Shown piece by piece: positions 8,507 to 14,483 of a DNA stretch of 20,000 nucleotides. Position numbers and translations under genes: made by a program. The notes under the pieces are model-generated. The model had not been told where the DNA came from, searched no databases, and saw only the letters and a list, made by a program, of their open reading frames with translations. This DNA is from an uncultured virus (IMG/VR IMGVR_UViG_3300035670_000134) (Duplodnaviria; Heunggongvirae; Uroviricota; Caudoviricetes), in the IMG/VR virus record IMGVR_UViG_3300035670_000134; one strand, written 5' to 3'. How positions within the stretch are numbered: position 1 is the first letter of the stretch; every line of letters begins with the position of its first letter.

Positions 8507-8794
8507 ATGTCCACACTACAGCGTATCGGGGCCGGTTTCGGCCTCGCCTGCGGCATCATCATCGCCGCTATCGGGATGGATCTCGCATGGGATACCATCG
8601 CATCGGGCGAGTTGGTCGGGGCGTTTATCGTCCTCGCATTCGTCGCCCTGCCCGGGATGGGCACGGTCGTCGGACTCACGGTCGCCATGTACCGGGAGGA
8701 CATGGCCCGGGAGAGCCGGGAGTGCTTGGGCGGTTGGCACTGCTGGTGCCCCGCCTGTACCAACTACCGCACCGGGGTGGATCTCCCCGAATGA
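8507..8794 (+). CDS. Small two-TM membrane protein with Cys/His-rich tail
   Basis: RBS GAAAGGGGG. Two hydrophobic segments followed by CLGGWHCWCPAC. Confidence 0.75.
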   Translation: MSTLQRIGAGFGLACGIIIAAIGMDLAWDTIASGELVGAFIVLAFVALPGMGTVVGLTVAMYREDMARESRECLGGWHCWCPACTNYRTGVDLPE

Positions 8795-8799
8795 CCGGA

Positions 8800-8847
8800 A
8801 CGGCCCCGGGGCTACGGCCCCGGGGCTACGGCCCCGGGGCTACGGCC
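8800..8847. repeat. Tandem 14-bp repeat ACGGCCCCGGGGCT, about 3.4 copies
   Basis: Directly visible. Each unit contains the palindrome GCCCCGGGGC. Confidence 0.95.
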
Positions 8848-8885
8848 ATGTACCGGCCAAGGTCGGGCCGGTCGAGTAGGCCAGG

Positions 8886-9158
8886 GTATCCACAACATAT
8901 CCACAGGCTGTGGACAACGGCATATCCACATGTTTGTCCACACCTGTGGAAAACCCGAGTTATCCACAAATCCACAGGGGTTGTCCACAGGCTTATCCAC
9001 AATCCACAGATTATGGGTGATATCCACAGGGTTTTCCACAACGTTACCCCCAGAATTGTCCACAACCTGTGGAAAACACTGTGTACAACCTGTGGAAAAC
9101 CCCAGGAAATCTGTGGAAAACTTTTTGTCCACAGGGTTATCCACAGCCCTGTGGAAAA
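8886..9158. promoter_or_regulatory. Dense array of about 21 DnaA-box-like 9-mers in both orientations
   Basis: TTATCCACA at 8960, 8993, 9137. TTGTCCACA at 8934, 8981, 9056, 9125 and reverse at 8909. TTTTCCACA at 9032 and reverse at 8945, 9068, 9091, 9112, 9150. Variants at 8886, 8897, 8922, 8968, 9000, 9020, 9080. Confidence 0.9.
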
Positions 9159-9439
9159 CTTTGCCGGGTGTTGGGCGACGCTCTTTCGAAATTGCGCCCA
9201 CACCCGCAACTATGTTAAGAAACACCGTTAGAAATTGAGCAAATGTAATGTTATCGAACGTTGTTATGGTACAGGTGTTGTGAAACCAATACCATTATGC
9301 AACAGCATTATGAAACCATGTTTGGATTATGGGTAGGTTTTCTGGTTGCATTTGCAATCGAGCAGAGTTTGGAATTGGCCAATCTGACTAGATAGGCTGA
9401 CCTTGTTGGTGAACAAGCGAGCCAACAGAAAGGGGAGCC

Positions 9440-9808
9440 ATGAAGGCTCACAAGGTCAGCAAGGAAGAGCAGGAGCAGGCTCTGGCTCTCTGCACAGAGT
9501 GGAAGGAGAGCGGTGCCGCTTCGAATCGGTACAAGGTGGACAAGGCGAACGTCTTGCTCACCGCTCTCGCTCTGAGCGCGACCCGGATGAAGGTCGCTCC
9601 GGCTCCGCTCGCAGAGCGTCGGGAGGCGGTGAAGAGCGGAGCGGTGGAAGCGTTCACCGCAGAGTGGGACGCTCTGGTGGAAGGTGAGAGCCGACCCGAC
9701 CAGAAGGTGCAGCGTCGGCTCATGTCGGCTCTGGCTCTCACCGGAGCGAAGGTGCGGCTCGATTGGTGCCGCATCGGGGATACCTTCTACATCGTCCGCA
9801 CCGGCTGA
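9440..9808 (+). CDS. Hypothetical protein, paralog family A copy 2
   Basis: RBS AAGGGGAG and a possible TTGGAA-N18-TAGGCT promoter upstream. Clearly homologous to 8005-8403. Confidence 0.88.
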   Translation: MKAHKVSKEEQEQALALCTEWKESGAASNRYKVDKANVLLTALALSATRMKVAPAPLAERREAVKSGAVEAFTAEWDALVEGESRPDQKVQRRLMSALALTGAKVRLDWCRIGDTFYIVRTG

Positions 9809-9830
9809 GCCGGAGCGGTACCCTCCCACA

Positions 9831-9863
9831 AGGGAGCCGGTGCTACGGCATCGGCTCCCTTTG
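9831..9863 (+). terminator. Intrinsic terminator
   Basis: AGGGAGCCGGTGC/GCATCGGCTCCCT stem followed by TT. Confidence 0.75.
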
Positions 9864-10110
9864 TCATGTACCGGTGCCAGTCGAGCCAGGATCATCCACC
9901 AACGTTTTTAACGTTAAGAAATAAGATAAGCTACGCCCACGTTTTTAACGTTAAATTATTTACGATGTTTATTATGGGGCTTTAACGTTAACTTCAGTCA
10001 GATACACTTTATGGGATTTTAATTTAACGTTACAAGAAATAGGTTGCAATTGCTTTCGAGATTTGGTTTACTACTACTGTCCCAATGTTTCCTACCAAGG
10101 AGTGTTCGAT

Positions 10111-10491
10111 ATGTCCGATTCAATCATCCCGAATGCCATCGGAATCCAAGATTGGATTACCGATTTCCCCGTCCAGATCCTTACCGTTAACAACGGCGAG
10201 GTGCACTTCAAGGTGGAAATCTTCGGCCGGATCTGCGAAGGCCGTCTCCCCGTCGATTTCTTCAAGTTCATCCCCCCCTACAACGACGGGGGGATTCTTT
10301 GTGGAGAGTGGATTTCTCCACAAGGTTGGGCATGTGCGCCTGCAGTTTGGGCGGATGATCCGTATTCGGGGAAGCCGAGTCGGGCAGATGGACCCTGTGA
10401 TTCGTGCACCAATACTGCTGATGTAATCTGCTCAACCATCAACGAAGAGAAGAGTCTGTGCCAAGACTGTTTCGAAACCTTGTTCTTGTAA
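10111..10491 (+). CDS. Hypothetical protein with C-terminal Cys cluster
   Basis: RBS AAGGAG before ATG 10111. Contains CDSC...C...LCQDC and is followed by a terminator. Confidence 0.75.
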   Translation: MSDSIIPNAIGIQDWITDFPVQILTVNNGEVHFKVEIFGRICEGRLPVDFFKFIPPYNDGGILCGEWISPQGWACAPAVWADDPYSGKPSRADGPCDSCTNTADVICSTINEEKSLCQDCFETLFL

Positions 10492-10513
10492 CCACCTACC
10501 GTTAAGAAACGGA

Positions 10514-10542
10514 AAGACCCCGGCCATCTGGCCGGGGTTTTT
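10514..10542 (+). terminator. Intrinsic terminator
   Basis: GACCCCGGCCA/TGGCCGGGGTT stem plus T-run. Confidence 0.85.
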
Positions 10543-10734
10543 CTTACGTTAAAAACATACTAACGTTAAAAAACACGTAACGTTAAAAAATGGCGGGTGC
10601 TTCGGTGCGAATACCAGCGCCTTGCACCCGTGAGTTTTTAACGTTAACCATACTGAAATTGATTATGGGATCTTAACGTTACCCTTCAGCAAATACACTT
10701 TATGAATTACCAATTTAACGATAGAAGAAAAGTA

Positions 10735-10764
10735 TTGCGTATTGGACTCGACCATGCATAAAAT
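10735..10764 (+). promoter_or_regulatory. Cassette promoter
   Basis: TTGCGT-N18-TAAAAT preceded by an A-rich tract. Confidence 0.6.
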
Positions 10765-10816
10765 GGGCGAAGCCCGGTGGGAATGGCCCACCGGCAGGAC
10801 GGAGGGAGAACCCAAC

Positions 10817-11179
10817 GTGAAGAACGGAACAGAGTACGTCAAGGTCACGAATCTGGAGAACGGTGACAGACTGGCACCGGATTTCATCGAGAAGAATGAA
10901 AAGGTCTGGACGTCCATCATCGTGACCCACAATCTGACGTTGGACGCCGACCATGTCATCGGGAACACGTTCGTTATGAATCAATTCCGCAGGCCGGAAG
11001 TGATCGTGATCGGCACCCTGCCTGCCGGTGTGGTACAGGAATCGGAGTACGGCGATGCAGGCATCGAATTGCACGTTGAGTGCCGGTGGGATTCTCTGGA
11101 GGACGGCTACCAGTGCGCGGCCCGGGGCATCGCCGCTATCCTCGACCCGGACTGCACGTTCGAGCGTTACAAGAAGTAA
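10817..11179 (+). CDS. Hypothetical protein
   Basis: GGAGGGAG RBS before GTG 10817. Bounded by a promoter and a terminator. Confidence 0.75.
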   Translation: MKNGTEYVKVTNLENGDRLAPDFIEKNEKVWTSIIVTHNLTLDADHVIGNTFVMNQFRRPEVIVIGTLPAGVVQESEYGDAGIELHVECRWDSLEDGYQCAARGIAAILDPDCTFERYKK

Positions 11180-11200
11180 TCTACCGTTAAGAACGTCAGA

Positions 11201-11232
11201 GAGGCTCCGGTCGAAAGGCCGGAGCTTTCTTT
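11201..11232 (+). terminator. Intrinsic terminator
   Basis: GGCTCCGGTC-GAAA-GGCCGGAGCT followed by TTCTTT. Confidence 0.85.
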
Positions 11233-11420
11233 GCGTTAAAAATATTCTAACGTTAAGAACATCCTAACGTTAAGAAGGCGGGTGCTTCCGTCAGAATACC
11301 ATGACATTGCACCCGCGAGTTTTTAACGTTAACTATCCTCAAGTTTATTATGTGATCTTAACGTTAATTGTCGTCGTTACCTTTATGGGGAAAATCAATC
11401 CTAACGGTAGATTGATAGAG

Positions 11421-11450
11421 TTGCTTTTTGCTTACCAATGGAACTAGGCT
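11421..11450 (+). promoter_or_regulatory. Cassette promoter
   Basis: TTGCTT-N18-TAGGCT. Confidence 0.55.
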
Positions 11451-11487
11451 AGGGATTCCAAGCAATCCCGACCCGAAAGGAACCGCA

Positions 11488-11757
11488 ATGACGAACCGCG
11501 AAATTTCCGAACTGGCTAACAACATCGTGGACAGACTCCACGAACTGGCCGAGGCAATCGATTCGGTCTACTACGAGGAGTGCGCCGATTCGGCCTGCAC
11601 CAACGCCGAGCCTCTGAACGACACGTTCCGGGTTCTCCGTCATCTTGTTGCTACCGCCGGGCTTGTTAACGCTAGCGGTCTGTGCGACCTGTACAACAAG
11701 CCCGAATGGGTCACGGCGCATGCCTTCATGACCCTTGACTACGAGTGGAACATCTGA
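11488..11757 (+). CDS. Hypothetical protein
   Basis: GAAAGGA RBS before ATG 11488. Protein begins MTNREISELANNIVDRL. Confidence 0.75.
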   Translation: MTNREISELANNIVDRLHELAEAIDSVYYEECADSACTNAEPLNDTFRVLRHLVATAGLVNASGLCDLYNKPEWVTAHAFMTLDYEWNI

Positions 11758-11776
11758 CCGTTAAAAAGGAGAAGCC

Positions 11777-11878
11777 ATGAACCACCCGTTGGGATGGGAG
11801 TTCACCGTTAACTTCTGGATCGTGGTGCTCTGTACATGGGGCATCATCGGTCTGGTACTCAGAGGGAAGGGGGACTGA
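11777..11878 (+). CDS. 33-aa single-TM peptide, not in the ORF track
   Basis: AAGGAG RBS. Translation MNHPLGWEFTVNFWIVVLCTWGIIGLVLRGKGD ends just before a terminator. Confidence 0.6.
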   Translation: MNHPLGWEFTVNFWIVVLCTWGIIGLVLRGKGD

Positions 11879-11886
11879 ACGTTAAG

Positions 11887-11915
11887 AACCCGGGGAGGTG
11901 GACCCCGGGTTTTTT
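11887..11915 (+). terminator. Intrinsic terminator
   Basis: AACCCGGGG/CCCCGGGTT stem plus T-run. Confidence 0.85.
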
Positions 11916-12089
11916 AACGCTTGAAATATTCTTAACGTTAAAAGCTGGCGGGCGTAACGTTAAACGACGCTTAACGTTACGCCCGCAGATTTTTAACGAT
12001 AAGAAAGCACAAGTTTATTATGAGATTCTAACGTTACTATTCACTTAATACACTTTATGGATTACCAATTTAACATTACAAAAAAAGTG

Positions 12090-12117
12090 TTGACTATGTA
12101 TGCCGTTCTGCTAGGAT
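12090..12117 (+). promoter_or_regulatory. Promoter for a probably leaderless transcript
   Basis: TTGACT-N16-TAGGAT with extended TGn. ATG lies 6 nt downstream with no RBS. Confidence 0.7.
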
Positions 12118-12123
12118 TCCGGT

Positions 12124-12327
12124 ATGAAGAAATGGGAGAAGGAAATAGCCGAACTAGCAGCCGAGTTCGGCAGGGCTATCGTTAAGACAAACGGTGGTCA
12201 CTACAAACTAGTTCGCCCTGGCTCTCAACCGGTGTTCGTTTCTTCCACACCATCAGACTTCAGAACGTTAAAGAATACTCGTCGGGATCTACGGCGACAT
12301 GACAACCGGGAAGGAGGTGAACGTTAA
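12124..12327 (+). CDS. HicA-like (dsRBD-fold) toxin/mRNA interferase-like protein
   Basis: 67 aa basic protein with G..IVKTNGGHYKL..PG...VFVSSTPSD.R...N.R.DLRR, the pattern of phage HicA-like proteins with the conserved His in GH. Confidence 0.7.
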   Translation: MKKWEKEIAELAAEFGRAIVKTNGGHYKLVRPGSQPVFVSSTPSDFRTLKNTRRDLRRHDNREGGER

Positions 12328-12328
12328 A

Positions 12329-12484
12329 ATGAAGAAGATGTATTACGTCTGGAATGGCTACTACGTCGAACATCAGGGCACGAAGGAGTCCTGCGAGGAG
12401 TTCATCCGTAACGCTAAGTACATGTTCGGCACGACCGGCCTGTCCATCGTCATCCAGAAGAACGGACGTTACGTCCCCGCCTGA
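12329..12484 (+). CDS. Hypothetical small protein (51 aa)
   Basis: AAGGAGG upstream. Protein begins MKKMYYVWNGYYVEH and is followed by a terminator. Confidence 0.7.
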   Translation: MKKMYYVWNGYYVEHQGTKESCEEFIRNAKYMFGTTGLSIVIQKNGRYVPA

Positions 12485-12492
12485 ACGTTAAG

Positions 12493-12526
12493 AATCCGGC
12501 TCTTACCCCCCGAGAGCCGGATTTTT
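12493..12526 (+). terminator. Intrinsic terminator
   Basis: AATCCGGCTCT/AGAGCCGGATT stem plus TTT. Confidence 0.85.
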
Positions 12527-12858
12527 AACGCTTAGACAAAAGTTAACGTTAAAATGCGGGTGTAACGTTAAGCACACCATTAACGTTACACCCGGGGTTT
12601 TTAACGTTAAGATTCGTCTGGCTTGAGTTTATGTTTTTAACGTTAGCCCGCCCTTTATGGAGCTTAACGTTAGGCAATCGACATGAGCTTTATTAACGAT
12701 AGCCGGAAGTTAACGTTACGGGGCAAACTCGACCCAGATCACCGTAATGAGATCGTAATAATCCTGTAACGTGTCTGTCACCACAAACGCAGTCGGATTA
12801 GGTATCGTTCTAGGTGTTGGGAACAAGCCCAACACAGAGCACCGAAAGGGTGACCGAC

Positions 12859-13158
12859 ATGGCAGCGAACAAGAACAACGACTGGGCATTCGAAGAGATC
12901 GACGAGAGCGAGATCACGGCCGTGCGCCGGGGGCGCAAGAGCAACGTCGATCCGGCGTTTGTGGAGGCTCTCAAGGGGATGACCCCCGGCCGGGCGATCC
13001 GCATCCCGGCGCAGGCTCTCGATCCCAAGGCACCGACCTACAAGACCGACAAGGCCCGGGTCTCGGCCTCGCTCCGCACGGCGATGCGTGCGGCCGGTCA
13101 CACGTCGTTCACGATCGTGTTCTCCCCGGAGGGTGTCCCGCAGATCCGTCTCAAGTGA
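12859..13158 (+). CDS. Small basic putative DNA-binding protein, paralog family B copy 1
   Basis: GAAAGGG RBS, 99 aa, RRGRKS motif. 72/99 identical to 14147-14446 by manual ungapped alignment. Confidence 0.88.
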   Translation: MAANKNNDWAFEEIDESEITAVRRGRKSNVDPAFVEALKGMTPGRAIRIPAQALDPKAPTYKTDKARVSASLRTAMRAAGHTSFTIVFSPEGVPQIRLK

Positions 13159-13178
13159 CCCCCCATCCCCCCCCGGAC

Positions 13179-13208
13179 AGCCCCCGGCCAACAGGCCGGG
13201 GGTTTGTT
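13179..13208 (+). terminator. Intrinsic terminator
   Basis: GCCCCCGGCC/GGCCGGGGGT stem plus TTGTT. Confidence 0.8.
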
Positions 13209-13446
13209 CGTGGTCGAGTACTCCTAACGTTAAGAACCTCCTAACGTTAATTTTTTTTGACGATAGAATCTTAACGTTAAAGACTCATTCCTTAACGTTA
13301 AGAACGGCGGGCGTAACCGTAACAACAAGTAGTGTTACGCCCGTGGATTTTTAACGTTAAATGTTGCTATCTTTATTATGTGTTTTTAACGTTAAACCTT
13401 AGCCATAAACTTTACACCTCGACCAATTAACATTAGAAAAAAAGGC

Positions 13447-13474
13447 TTGTGATCCTGGCCTAATCTGATAACCT
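13447..13474 (+). promoter_or_regulatory. Promoter for a probably leaderless transcript
   Basis: TTGTGA-N16-TAACCT with TGn. ATG lies 6 nt downstream, the same geometry as 12090-12124 (both end GGT-ATG). Confidence 0.6.
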
Positions 13475-13480
13475 ACTGGT

Positions 13481-13795
13481 ATGCGAATGAGTGAACGTAC
13501 CCCATGTCAGAACTGCGGTCTCCGGATGGCCGTCCCCGCTGTGCTCTGCACCCGCTGTGCGGCGTCCAGAGAGATTCGGGAACAGTTTAACGTTTGGACT
13601 CCGGCCGACCTTGACCTGACCGACCTGACCCATACCGAGCGCATGCTCGCATTCATCTATTGCGTGACCGGTGACATTTCCGACTACTTCGATCACTTTG
13701 TCGTTAAGAACGACGAGGTCGAGGAAGAGGACACTCTTAACGTTTCGATCAGGTACTGTGATAATCGGATTAACTTCGGTAAATACAGGGCATAG
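13481..13795 (+). CDS. Hypothetical zinc-ribbon protein
   Basis: CQNC-x10-CTRC. Bounded by a promoter and a terminator hairpin at 13808-13835. Confidence 0.75.
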   Translation: MRMSERTPCQNCGLRMAVPAVLCTRCAASREIREQFNVWTPADLDLTDLTHTERMLAFIYCVTGDISDYFDHFVVKNDEVEEEDTLNVSIRYCDNRINFGKYRA

Positions 13796-14146
13796 TCCTA
13801 CCGTTAAAAACCCCGGCATCCAGTCGGGGCTTTTTAACGCTTAAAAATATGTTAACGTTAAAATCGGAGGGTGTAACGTTAAAAGCCCTTAACGTTACAC
13901 CCGAGCGGTTTTTAACGTTAAGATTATGAAGTTGAGTATGAATTCTTAACGTTAACCCGGCCTTTATGGGACTTAACGTTAACCAATCTCTTTATGAGCT
14001 CTTAACGATACATACTCGACCGCACTCGACCGCCTCCTGGTTGCATTTGCAACTATCGGATAGGGTGGAAATGTTGGGATGGGCGATAGCGTTTCCAATG
14101 TCACCTAAGGGACTGAAACGGAAGTAGGTCCAGAACGGAGAATGAC

Positions 14147-14446
14147 ATGGCAGGAAAGACGACTCACGGATGGGACTTCGAGGAGATCCCTGAGGACGAG
14201 ATTCAGGCGGTCAGGCGTGGACGGAAGTCCAACGTGGACCCGGCTCTGGTGGACGGACTGCGGACCCTCACGCCGGGTCGCGCCATCCGCATCCCCTCGC
14301 AGAAGTTGGACCCGACCGCGGCCAACTACCGGACGGAGAAGGCGCGCGTGTCCGCATCCCTGCGGGTCGCCATGCGCGCGGCGGGGCACACCTCCTTCGC
14401 CATCATCTTCTCGCCCGACGGCGTTCCGCAGATTCGCCTGAAGTGA
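14147..14446 (+). CDS. Small basic putative DNA-binding protein, paralog family B copy 2
   Basis: GGAG RBS, 99 aa, homologous to 12859-13158. Confidence 0.88.
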   Translation: MAGKTTHGWDFEEIPEDEIQAVRRGRKSNVDPALVDGLRTLTPGRAIRIPSQKLDPTAANYRTEKARVSASLRVAMRAAGHTSFAIIFSPDGVPQIRLK

Positions 14447-14453
14447 CCGGTGT

Positions 14454-14483
14454 GCCGGTGAGGGTCGAGTGACCCTCACCGGC
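14454..14483 (+). terminator. 13-bp perfect hairpin after family B copy 2
   Basis: GCCGGTGAGGGTC-GAGT-GACCCTCACCGGC. Confidence 0.7.

Noticed and set aside
7781..8763. Antisense and alternative-frame ORFs in the GC-rich block (also 9308-9895, 12771-13244, 12778-13191, 14105-14479, 14142-14441)
   Set aside because: Shadow ORFs expected at high GC. They are Arg/Pro/Gly-rich, lack an RBS, and overlap genes supported by paralogy.
9193..9220. dif site (CTATGTTAAGA resembles an XerD arm)
   Set aside because: The XerC arm is a poor match and lacks dyad symmetry.
8419..9238. Long ORFs crossing the DnaA-box array (8419-9231, 8812-9225, 8826-9209, 8930-9238)
   Set aside because: Translations are repetitive IHR/LST/VDN/LWI strings that result from DnaA-box repeats. 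They are not credible proteins.
8886..9320. Bacterial chromosomal oriC
   Set aside because: No dnaA, dnaN, rpmH or gidA context. The flanks are phage-like. A chimeric assembly cannot be fully excluded without reads.
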